Source: Callorhinchus milii
Taxonomy: Eukaryota
DNA length: 64,000 nt
Reading direction: 5' to 3'
Assembly (NCBI RefSeq): GCF_018977255.1
Contig: NW_024704742.1
Coordinates: forward strand, 123,940,001-124,004,000
Shown piece by piece: positions 47,801 to 59,494 of the stretch. The translations under genes were made by a program, and so were the position numbers. Numbering within the stretch: the stretch's first letter is position 1; the number at the start of each line of letters is the position of its first letter. The notes under the pieces were generated by a model. The model was given only the letters and a program-made list of their open reading frames with translations, ran no database searches and was not told where the DNA came from.

Positions 47801-48493
47801 GGCCGAAATGCAACAGCCAATTGTGCGCATCCTCTCTCACAAAAAGTTGTGGTATGAAGTGACCAATTTAATATTGTTTTATTTTCTTAAGGGATTATTA
47901 TCAGGCATATTATTATCAGTGGATTAATTGAAACTAAAATTGGCTTACACCACCCTTAACTTATTCTCAGACTGAGACTTTTCTGTTTGCTACACTAATT
48001 ATTATTAAATTTTGATTAAAGTTTCTTAATGAATGATAATTAATCGAAAATGTACAGCAGTTTGCTGGTACGATCTGGAAGTGGTTTGAGATGCCCTACA
48101 CTTTGCAAATTACAACCTTCAAAGCTAGATAATATCTCATATTAAAAGGTATATTGGTGCTCATTTTGTTTTATTAAGTAACTATTAGTATAAACAACAT
48201 GTTACAATACTTACACAATGCAGTTTGCTGTCGTCAGGATCCACTGGCGATGAATCAATGTTGCCCCACATTCATGTTTGTTTTGAAACTGAATGGATGC
48301 CATATAAGATCCTGTCTTCTTAACATCACGACCATCAATTATTTCCACACAAAAATCTACAGCACAAAATGAATACAATTGTTACAAATAATCGTTATTT
48401 ATGGGAATCTTAAACCAGGTTGTGAACATACTTACAGCCTTGACTGACTAAGGCGATAATGATTACTGAGACGAATAATATTACTTGATGCAT
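44889..48493 (-). CDS. Gzm6: catalytically inactive granzyme homologue (pseudoprotease), about 271-274 aa
   Basis: Exons 48436-48493, 48215-48356, 47288-47432 (alternative in-frame acceptor at 47441), 45516-45788 and 44889-45086. All are GT-AG with no stops. Signal MHQVILFVSVIIIALVSQG, FCVE|IIDG, TTANC (H57N), EENNLALL (D102N), NSVCVGDAGDA (S195A, Ser at 189). Eight canonical Cys are retained. Confidence 0.85.
45885..46722 (+). mobile_element. CR1 LINE 3' fragment in Gzm6 intron 3
   Basis: ERVQRGFTRMVPGMR..LGLFSLAKRRLRGDLIEIFK, FTQRVVWIWNALP and a 3' tail ctgtataattctatgattcta. Confidence 0.85.
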
Positions 48494-48541
48494 GCTGAGC
48501 TATTTGTCCAACTGCACAACTTTAGTCTAAGAGCAGTTCTA

Positions 48542-48566
48542 CTTTATAACAGCTGGAGGATGTGGT
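48542..48566 (-). promoter_or_regulatory. Gzm6 core promoter: TATA box plus GGATGTGGT element
   Basis: TATAAAG (minus strand) at 48542-48548 and GGATGTGGT at 48558-48566. Confidence 0.6.
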
Positions 48567-49445
48567 ATTCACAAGTCACGCAAGCTATGATCTTTGGCAG
48601 CTGTCGGCCCACTTCAGTTGGTAGCATTCTCACTTCTGATTCACAAGGCCATGGAACACAAGAGAGGTTTGGATGAAGGACTTCCTTTTGACTCCCATTT
48701 GATCTCATCCTTCCAGAATACCCACTCTAACATCCATTCGATACAGCAGCAAGTTATTTCTTAAATGTATCCCACTTCAATTATCCTTCCTGGAAACCCA
48801 TCCCTCTGAATAAATTATTCAGCCTCTGAATAAAGAAATACTTCCTGGTGTCTGTGCTGCTGTCCTGAAATTAAGTTTTGCAACCATGAAACTGTGCCCT
48901 GAAGCAGGAGCAGACTGGCTATATGGGTAATCGGGATGTTTACCGAGTGCCCCGTGAATGGCTTCCGATACTTACCACCCCAGAGCCTGACATCCGGGTG
49001 GGTGTCAGGTCAGACCAGCCCAGAGCCCGCTCTCCCTGATGACCGACATCTACGATGGCCAATCACTGCCGAGATCCCACCCTCCTGTTTAAGCCCCAAC
49101 CAAAGATTTTATATTCGCAAAGAATTTATGCTGAATTGAATTTGGGTAGTTCGGAACCGCAGGAAAGAAGGCATTGACGGGAGCCAATGAGTATGGCTTC
49201 CATCTTGCCGACGTTCAGTTGTCTGAAATTTTCGCTCATCCAGGTCTTGACGTCCATCAGACAAGTTGACAAGACATCAGTGGACTGGGAATTGCAGCTG
49301 GAGGAGGAGGAGGAGAAGTAGATTTGGGAGTCATCTGCATACATGTGGAACTTGACCCCATGCTGTGGATAACATCCCTGAGAGGGAGCATGTAAATGAG
49401 GGAAAGAAGGGGGTCAGGGACGGAGTTTTGCGGCACCCCATAGGT

Positions 49446-52125
49446 GACAACAACAACAACAAGATTCCATTTATAGAGCGCCTTTCACGTCGGGAGGACG
49501 TCCCAAGGCGCTGTACAGTTGGGTCAGGACCCGAGCAGGGGGGAAATGGTCAGGGTGAGGGGAGGGAAGGGAGGGAGCGAGGAGGGGGTAGAGAGTCGAG
49601 AGGGGAGCTGAAGGCACGGTCAAAGAGAAAGGTCTTGAGACCACCCTTGAAGGAGGAAAGGGAGGAGACAACGCGAAGGCACTGGGGGATAGAGTTCCAG
49701 AGCCTAGGGGCTGAGAGGCTGAAGGCCCGGCCACCGATGGTAGGGCGGTTGGGGCAGGGGATTTGGAGCAGACCGGAGCCAGAGGAATGGAGGGTACGGG
49801 CAGGTAAGTAGGGGGATAGTAGGTCAGAGAGGTAGGAGGGAGCGAGGCCGTGAATGGCCTTGTAGGTGAGGATGAGGATCTTGAATTCGATCCTCTGGGG
49901 GATGGGGAGCCAGTGGAGGCGAGCGAGGGTGGGAGTGATGTGGTCACGAAGCCTGGTGCGGGACAGTACACGAGCTGCAGAGTTCTGAATGACCTGCAGC
50001 TTGTGGAGGGAGGTGCCGGGAAGGCCGGCGAGGAGAGAGTTCCCATAGTCCAGCCTTGAGGTGATAAAGGCGTGGACCAGGGTTTCAGCAGCGTGAGGGG
50101 TGAGGTAGTGCCGTAGTCTGGCGATATTCCGGAGGTGATGGAAGGCGGTGCCAGTTGTGGCGCGGATATGAGGGAGAAAGGACAGCTCAGGGTCGAACAG
50201 AACACCGAGGTTCCTGACTGGCTTTGAGAGGTGGAGAGTGCAGCCTTGGATGCTGATGCTGTCAGCGCCTGAGGTGCGGAGGCGCTGACGCGAGCCAATC
50301 AGGAGGGCCTCAGTTTTACGCACGTTGAGCTGAAGAAAGTTGTCTCTTGTCCAGGACTCGATGTCGGACAGGCAGCTGTCAGGACATCGGTGGTCGTGGA
50401 GTTGAGGGTAGAGGAGGAAAGGTAGAGTTGGGTGTCATCCGCATACAAGTGGAAGTTAACCCCATGTCTGCGGATGATGTCACCGAGGGGAAGCATATAG
50501 AGGGTGAAGAGGAGGGGACCGAGCCCTGAGGGACACCGCATGAGACAGTGCGGGGGCTGGAAGAAAAACCATTCGTGGAAACAAAGTGAAGACGGTGGGA
50601 GAGGTACGACCTAAACCATTCAAGGACAGGGCCTTAAAGGTTGAGTTGGGAGGACAAGCGGTGGAGGAGGATAGCGTGGTCGACCGTATTGAATGCTGCC
50701 GATAGGTCGAGGAGGGCGAGGAGGCAGAGGGAGCCCTCGTCGCAGATGGTCAGGATGTCATTGGTGACCTTGACCAGGGCAGTTTCTTTGCTATGGGCAG
50801 CACGGAAACCCGACTGAAGGGGTTCGAATAATGAATGGGTGGAGAGGAAAGAGCGCAGCTGGGAGGCGACAACTCGTTCAAGGACCTTGGACAGGAAGGG
50901 GAGGTTGGAGATGGGCCGGTAGCTTGATAGCTGCGACGCATCAAGGGAGGGTTTTTTCAAGGTGGGAGTGATGGTGGCAGTTTTTAAGGGAATGGGAACA
51001 GAGCCAGAGGAGAGGGACAGGTTGACGATGTCTGTGATATGTGGGGCAAGGAGGTGGAGCTGGGAGATAAGGAGTGGAGTGGGGATGGGGTCAAGGGAGC
51101 AGGTGGTGGGTTTCAGGGATAGGATGAGTTTGGCGACAAAGGGTGGGGAAACGGGTACAAAAGTGTGTAGGGGAGGATGGGTAGGAGTCGGAGTGTGGAA
51201 GGACGGGGGTGGGGGGTGGGTGGATGTTGGAGGGGAAGTGACCGCGGAGTGGATTCCCTTGATTTTGGATTCAAGGAAATCCAGCATCTCCTCACAGTGA
51301 AGGTTGGAGGAGATGACCTGCGTGGGGTGGCGGGGGGGACGGAGGAGTCGGGATGTGGTAGAAAACAGTAACCTGGGGTTGTTCTTCGCCTCCAGGATTA
51401 TCCTGGAGTAGAAGGACAACTTGGCCGAGGCTAGAGTGGAGCGGTAGATTTTGAGGAGGTCCAGCCAGATTTGTCGGTGGACCGTTAGGCCAGATTTGAC
51501 GCAGGTGCGTTCAGCGGCCCGCACCTGGCTCTTCAGTGAGTGGAGGTGGGTGGTGAACCAGGGGGAGGAGCAAGAGTAGGAGACAGTACGGGAGGTGATG
51601 GGGGCAAGAATGTCGAGTGTGGAAGAGAGGGTGTTGTGGAGGAGGGTGAGAGAAGAAAAGTGGTCAGTGAGGGTTGAAGGCCAGAAGGAGAGGTGTTCAG
51701 AGGACTCCAAGGCAGCAGTTAGGGATTGTGGGGGTAACTTCTTCCAGGGGCGGTAGAAGATGGTGGTGGGTCTGGTGGAGGTGGGGAGGAGGGTGGAGGT
51801 GGTGAAGGAGATGAAGTGGTAGTCGGAGACGGCCTTGTCGGTGATAGTGACATCCGAGACGCTGAGGCCCCGGGTGATCACCAAGTCGAGTGGGTGGCCG
51901 TGACTGTGAGTGGGGGAGTTGATGTGGAGGGAGAGGTTGAGCGAGGAGAGCAGGGAAGAGAAGTCTGAGGAGATGGAGCAGGAGGGGGTGAAGTGTAGGT
52001 TGAAGTCGCCCAGGATGATGAGGCGATCAGAGCAGAGGCAGAGAGATGTAAGAAGTGTCGAAATATTAGAGATGAAGGTGGGAGAGGTTTTAGGGGGCCG
52101 GTAGAGGAGGAGGATTTTGAGTGAA
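49446..52125 (-). mobile_element. Relatively young 5'-truncated L2 LINE (endonuclease C-terminus, RT and 3' tail) nested in an older L2 (49140-49445 and ~52126-52500)
   Basis: ORFs 50634-51884 (YRPISNLPFLSKVLE, QSGFR, LLDLSAAFNTVDH), 50299-50541 (YADDTQLY) and 49550-50323 (LHWLPI, LWNSIP); few frameshifts; (TTG)n tail. Confidence 0.92.
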
Positions 52126-52861
52126 GGAGGAGGGGTGGGAGGAAAAACGGTTTGCCAAGATGTATTGTTGGCAGTTTGTCAAGTAGGACTCGAATCATGT
52201 GAATGCAGTCCCACTAAGGTGGATGAGGGTGGAGAGGTGGTGGAGGAGAGTTGCGCGATCAACTATGTCGATCGCGGCAGAAAGGTCGAGTAGAATGAGG
52301 AGGCAGAGGGAGCTCTAGTCACAGATAAAGAGGATGCTATCTGTTACTTTGACGAATGCTGTCTCTGTGCTGTGGGCAGTGCGAAAATTGGACTGGAGGG
52401 GTTCGAGTTGGGAGTTGATGGAGAGGTGTGAGAGAAGTTAATTTGCAACCATGCAGGAAGGGTAGGTTTGAAATGGGTCTTAAGGTTACCTGTTCAAGCT
52501 GCACATCCTCAACCACCACCCCACCCCACCCCCCACTCACCCACCCCCCTACCCCAACCACACACACACAACACACGTAAGGACATTGTAGTTATGCTTG
52601 ACACTCCAATGCAGGGCTGAGGGAGAACTCCATTGATGGAAGTGCGATTGTTCGAATGAAGCATTACACTGTGGTCCTGTCTCCCTGTTCAGATCAATCT
52701 TACAGATCTCATGACACTATTGAGTAAGAGAAAGGAATTTTTACCAGTGTCCTGGTCAACAATCCTTCAGACAGAATTGATTTCATTCATGTTTTTTTGG
52801 AGGGGACATTGCTGTGCACAAATTGGCTGCCACCTTTGCCCATAATTGCACAGGTAGTACA

Positions 52862-53802
52862 TCAACAACAAAATTACATTTGTGTCGTACCTTTCCCGTC
52901 AGGAGGACATCCCAAGGTGCTGGACAATCAGTGTTTTGGACCCAAGCTGGGGGTCGATATCGGGGAGGGTGGAGGGCAGTGTGGGAAGGAGGGTGATTGA
53001 AGTCACGGTAAAAGAAGAGGGTCCTGAGATGTGTCTTGAAGGAGGCAAACGAAAGGGCGAGGCAGAGGGACTGCCGGATGGAATTCCAGAGGATAGAGGC
53101 AGAGTGGCTGAAGACTCGCCCGCCAATGATGGGCCGGGCAAGGCGGGGGACATGAAGCAAGCCAGAGCATGCTGAGCGGAGGGAGTGGATAAGTTGGAAG
53201 AGGTTAGGAAGTTGCAGAGGTAGGGAGGAGCAAGGCCAAGGAGGGCTTTGAAGGTGATGACTAGGATCTTGAACGTTATTCTCTGTGTGATGGGAATGGG
53301 GGTGATAGGGTCACGGAGCCTGGTGTGGGAGAGTTCTGGATGATCTGCAGCCTATGGAAGGAAGAGATGGGGAGGCCGACAAGCAAGGAGTTTGCATAGT
53401 CGAGCCTCAATGTAATCAAAGCACGTATGAAGGTTTAGGCAGCCTGCGGTGTGAAACAGTAGTGGAGCCGGGCGATGTCGCGGAGGTGGGGAAGGCAGAG
53501 CAGATCATGGCACAGATGTGGGATAGAAAGGACAATTGAGGGTCAAACAAGACACCATGGTTACAGACTGACTCAATGAGATAGTGTGCATCCTTGGACG
53601 GTGATGCTGTCAATGCCTGAGGTGTGGCGTAGCTGATGGGAGCCAATCAGGAGAGCCTCAGTCTTGTTGACGTTCAACTGAAGAAAGTTAGCTCTCATTC
53701 AGGGTTTGATGTCTGATAGATATGAGGATGGAGGCAGAGAGATAGAGTTGGTGTTATCCGCATACATATAGAAGTTGACCCCATATCTGTGGATTATGTC
53801 AT
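52862..53802 (-). mobile_element. Degenerate L2 3' fragment inserted into a Deu-type SINE
   Basis: RPIIGGRVFSHSASILWNSI; the SINE body resumes at ~53805. Confidence 0.78.
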
Positions 53803-54499
53803 CTTTTACTACACTTTATATTAAATCCTGTGAAGTGCTTTGAGTCATTTCGACAATATGATAAGGCATTTTATCAAATATCTTAACCTAGTCAAGTTGA
53901 ATAGTTCATCTTTTGTCACTTATCATAACCAAAAAAGTAGAACAATACTTGTAATATCATAAGCATTGTCAATTTGGAAGTAAAGCTACATCCGCACTTC
54001 CATTCAGGAATATTGAATGCACATATTTTGTAATGACCGGCAAGTACCATGGTAGAATTAGGAAGAAATATACATTACTGGACAAAGCTATGGTACATTC
54101 CTACTTCGCTTCGGAAACATTCTTGAGAAGTGATAAGGTGGATGCTCAGATCACTAGAGATCATCCCAAGGAAAGCAACAAGGTTGATCCTTAGTGTTAG
54201 AGGAATGTGATATGAGCAGTGATTAGAAAAGTTAGGGCTCTTCAGTCTTGAGATAAGATGACTCAGAGGGGATCTCATAGAGGTGTACAACTGTAAACCC
54301 AGAACAATTCTTTAGGATGTATCAAGGAGTAGAACAGGATGATGTATGTTTAGAGTTGTAGAAGACAATTTCAGGACAGATACCAGAAAGCTTTTATTTA
54401 TTCAGTGGTAATTAATAATTGGAACAGGTAGCCAGGACAGATGGTGAAGTCCAAGACACTGGACTCATTTAAAGGGCAACCTGACGTGGTGTTCTGGAG

Positions 54500-55560
54500 C
54501 ACCTTTCTCCACTGTCTTTCCTCTGTCTTCCACCTCAGTGGGACCGCACTCGCCTGGTTCAAGTCCTACCTCACGAACCACCCAGCGGTACATCTGCACA
54601 AACGGCTGTTCCTCCCGTTCTCACCCGGTTACCTGCGGGTACTCCAAGGATCTATCCTTGGACCCCTCCTCTTTCTGACCTACATGCTCCCTCTTGGGGA
54701 TGTCATCCGCAGACATGGAGTCAATTTCCACACGTATGCGGACAACACCCAACTCTATTTTTCCACCTCACATTGCGACCGTCAGTCCCCTGATGTTCTG
54801 TCAGCCTGCCTGTCAGACATCAGGAGCTGGATGAGCGCGAATTTCCTTCAGCTGACAAAAATGGAAGCTCAGTGGTTAGAGCACTCTCTTTGCAAGCGAG
54901 AGACCTGAGTTCAATTCCAGGCAGGGCAAAATCTTGGGCAAGTTTCCTTACTCCACACGCCTAATAATAATCCCTCCAAAACAAAACAATAATAAATTGG
55001 TCATTTTCAATCTACGACTGTTTGTGGGATACTGCTGTGCGCAATTGGCTGCCGCGTTCACCCACAAATATACAGTCAATTCACTTTACAGTATATTCTG
55101 CGAAGCACTTTAGGACGTCTAGAAGACGTGAAAAGCGCTAAATCAAATGCAAGGATTATTATTTCTATTATTATTATCAACATCTAAAATCACATGGTTC
55201 TCACCTCCTCCACCTATCCGACCTCCTCCTAAGCATCAGGTTCAACCCCCAATTATCCTTCCACCCCCACATCCGATCCCTCACCAGCACCGCTTTCTTC
55301 CACCTCCAACGCATCACCAGTCTCCGCCAATACCTCACTCCAAAAGCCGCTGAAACACAGGTGCATGCTTTTGTCACCTTTCAGCTGGACTATTCAAATG
55401 CCCTCTTTGTCTCTCCTCCACTACCATTCACAAAATCCAGGTCATCCAAAACTCTGTCATCCGCATTTTTACCCACACCAAACTCCGCTCCCTAATTACC
55501 CGAATTCTTGCCAGACTGCACTTGCTGCCTGTCCCAGAGAGGATCCCCCCACTGCCTTCC
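54500..55560 (+). mobile_element. Degenerate L2 RT fragment interrupted by a young SINE (54863-55177)
   Basis: QGSILGPLLFLTYMLPLG and YADNTQLY. Confidence 0.78.
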
Positions 55561-55689
55561 TCTGCTCCAGCCTGGGAATCCTCCGCCGGGCTCATCGTGG
55601 TACTCAGCATTGGCTGTCCAGCAGAAGCTACACCCACAGCCCCATTCCCCACTACCACCACAAGCCACCACGGGCCCAGACCCGGGGGC

Positions 55690-58367
55690 TAACCTCTCCA
55701 TCCTTATTCGCATAACCCAACCGCTCCGACCGCCTCATCATCCTAGGCGACTTCAACCTCCAATTCACCCACTCTTGCTCCACCTCCTCAGACTTCTCCT
55801 CTCTCCTCTCCTTTCCTCTCTTAACCTTTCCCTCCATATGCACTCTTCTATCCATGTTCATGGCCACCCGCTTGACCTAGTGATCACCCAGGGCCTCAGC
55901 ACTTGGGATGTCACCATCGCAGACAAGGCTATCTCTGACCACCATTTCATCTCCCTCAACACCTTTATCCCTCTACCCACTGCCTCCAAACCTATCACCA
56001 TCTCCTACCGCCTGTGGAAAAATCTCCCCACAATCTCTCTCTGCTGCCCTGAGCACCCTCTCCACCACACTTGACGCCCTTGCCTCCCTTGCCTCCCGAA
56101 CTGCCTCTTGTTCCCGACCTTCATCCTGGTTCACCAGCTACCTCTGCTCGCTCAAGGGCCAGGTGCAGGCTGCCGAACACATTTGGTTCAAATCCGGCCT
56201 AATGTTCCACCAGCACATCTGGCTGGACCACATCAAAACCTACCACTCTGCTCTCACCTCGGCCATCGTCCTTCTATTCCAGGTTAATTCTGGAGGCGAA
56301 GAGCAACCCCAGGCTCCTGTTCTTCATCACCAACCGGCTTCTCCGCTCTCCCTGCCATGCCTCGCAGATTCTTTCCTCCAACTTTCACTGCGAGGAAATG
56401 CTGGTCTTCCTCAAGTCCAAAATAATAATAATAATAATAATCCTTGCATTTGATATAGCGCTTTTCACGTCGGGAGGACGTCCCAAAGCGCTTCACAGAA
56501 CACACTGTAAAGTGAATTGACTGTATATTTGTGGGTGAACGCAGCAGCCAATTGCGCACAGCAATGTCCCACAAACAGTCGTAGATTGAAAATGACCAAT
56601 TTATTATTGCTTTGGGTGTTGGAGGGATTATTATTAGGTGTGTGGAGTAAGGAAACTTGCCCAAGGTTTTGCCATGAAAAAAATGAGGGAATCCACTCAG
56701 CTGCCACTGACCCCCAACTTCCATCACCTTCCTAACCCCCCCACCACCACACTCCGACCACTATCCATCCCTCCTTCCACACCTTTGAACCTGTCACCCC
56801 CTCCTCTATCATCACCATCATATCCTTCATGAAGTCCACAACCTGCTCCCTGGACCCCATCCCCACCCCTCTCCTTAAATCCCAGCTTCACCTCCTTGCC
56901 CCACTACTCGCCGACATCATTAACCTCTCCCTGTCATCTGGCACTGTTCCTACCCCCCTAAAACAAAACAGCCACTATCACCCCCACCTTGAAGAACCTT
57001 CCCTTGACCCAACACAGCTATCCACCTACCGCATCTCCAACCTCCCTTTTCTGTCCAAGGTCCTTGAGAGAACCGCTGCCTCTCTGATGTGTGACCAGGG
57101 CTCCCTCTGCCTCCTCGTCCTCCTCGACCTCTCTGCTGCTTTTGACACTGTGGACCATTCAATCCTCCTCCACCACCTTTTCTCCCACCTCAACCTCCAA
57201 GGTTCTGTCCTTGACTGGTTCAGGTTCTACCTTTCACACTGCCTCCACTTCGTCTCAGCTAACGGCTTCTCCTCCAGCCCCCGCACTGTCTCTTGTGGTA
57301 TTCCTCAGGACTCTGTCCTCGGTCCCCTCCTCTTCACCCTCTACATGCTTTCCCTTGGTGATGTCATCCGCAGACATAGGGTAAATTTCTACGTGTATGC
57401 GGATAACACCCAACTCTATCTTTCTGCCTCCACCCTCAACTCCATGACTACTGACGTGCTGGCCGACTGCCTGTCCGACATCAAGTCCTGGACAAGGGAC
57501 AACTTTCTCCAGCTGAACGTCAGCAAGACTGAGGTCCTCCTGATTGGCTCATGCCAGCGCTTCTACACTTCGGGCGCTGCCAGCATCCGCATCCACGGCT
57601 GCACACTCAACCTCACTAAGCCAGTCAGGAACCTGGGTGTCTTGTTTGACCCTGAACTGTCCTTTCTCCCCCACATCCGCACCATGACCGGCACTGCCTT
57701 CCACGACCTCCGCAACATTGCCAGACTCCGCCACTGCCTCACCCCTCAGGCTGCCGAAACCCTTAACCACGCATTTGTCACATCAAGGCTCAATTATGGA
57801 AATTCCCTCCTCATCGGCCTTCCCAATGCTTCCCTTCACAAGCTGCGGATCATCCAAATCTCTGCAGCTTGCATACTCTCGCGCACCAGGCTATGTGACC
57901 CCATCACTCCCTCCCTCGCCCGACTCCACTGGCTCCCCATCCCTCAGAGGATCGAATTCAAGATCTTCGTCCTCACTTTCAAGGCCATCCATGGTCTTGC
58001 CCCCTTCTACCTCTCTGACCTGCTAACTCCCTACCAACCTGCCTGCTCCCTCCGTTCAGCGGGCTCCGGTCTGCTCCATGTCTCCCGCCCGACCCGTCCT
58101 ACCATTGGTGGCCGGGCTTTCAGCCTCTCTGCTCCCACACTCTGGAACTCCATCCCACGGTCCCTTCACCTCGCTTCCTCCCTTGCCTCCTTCAAGGCCG
58201 GTCTCAAGACCCTCCTCTTTGCCCTCCCACCTCCCTGTCTTCCCTCACCCTTACCCCACCCTTCCCCCATGCTCGGGTCCTGATCCTTGACTGTCCAGCG
58301 CCTTGGGATGTCTTCCCGCCAGAAAGGCGCTCTATAAATGTAATTTTGTTGTTGTTGTTGTTGTTGA
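55690..58367 (+). mobile_element. 5'-truncated L2 LINE with an internal deletion and an antisense SINE insertion (56421-56672)
   Basis: ORF 56829-58283 is the RT (LLDLSAAFDTVDH, YADNTQLY, LHWLPI) but lacks the QSGFR segment; (TTG)n tail. Confidence 0.9.
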
Positions 58368-59494
58368 GGATTTCACAAGCAAGTTTACAATCAATTAATG
58401 AAACAAAAGTGAGATTAATACCATGTTTCACAATTTATTTTCTTGTTAGCAAAATACTGATACATTTTTCTCTTGTTTTAGCCTCAAACATTTATGAACA
58501 GCAGTAACATAAGACGTGATGCTATCTAACCTGCATCAAGAGCTGTTTATGGACTATTGCTGTGGACAGATTATCTGCTACATTCACATACACAGTCATC
58601 ACAGTAAATCCCGTAAAGCCCTTTGAGATGTCCTACAAACGCGAAAAGCACTTTATGTAGAAGAATCTCTCTAAACATCTTGGATATACACAGGTTTTAT
58701 ATATAGTTAATAATAATAATCATAAAAAAAATCATTTTATTATTATCAATTCTGTATACAACCTATGCTCATTCAAGATAATAATAATAATCCTTGCATT
58801 TGATATAACGCTTTATCATGTCATCGAGACATTCAAAGTATTTCACAGGATATACTGTAAAGTGGATTGATTGTGTATTTTGTAGATGAAACGCAGCAGC
58901 CCAGTTGCGCATAACAATGTCCCACAAATAGCCATGGACTGAGTGACCAATTCTGTTTGGGGGATTGTTGCCCAGGATACTGGGAGAAACTCCCTTCTCT
59001 TTTCAAATAGTGCAAGTGGGATCTTTAACATCCACTTGAACAGGCAGATGGGATCTCAGTTTAACATCTCATCTGAAGGACAGCACCTCTGACAATGCAA
59101 CACACTTCCATCACTGCATTGGAGTGTCACCTTAGGTTATGTGATTCCAAGTCCCAATGCGACTCAAAGTCCACACAACCTTCTGACTCAGAGGTGAGAG
59201 TGCTGAGTGCACTGTGCCAAGGTGACACACAATTTATTGCTCTCATATTTAGGAAGACTGGTTTCACAATTCCTGAATAAAACAAGCCTTGCTGGTCTGT
59301 TGTTGGTCACTTGGTCTAGACTTACCATATTATCTTTGCTAGTTTTTCCGAATCAGTAGCAATAGAGTATTCAAGAGTCACACATGCTGAAAGTGTCAGA
59401 TTTCTTTCAAATCACTCAAACTACAAAAACCTATAAGCAAGCTATAGTTTAATCACCATAAGCCAACAAATACGGATCCTTCATGATTTTCTTG

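Noticed and set aside
56829..58283. 484-aa ORF, the longest in the window, as a functional reverse transcriptase gene
   Set aside because: It is an L2 ORF2 remnant with an internal deletion, YADN instead of YADD, a truncated endonuclease and a SINE insertion upstream.
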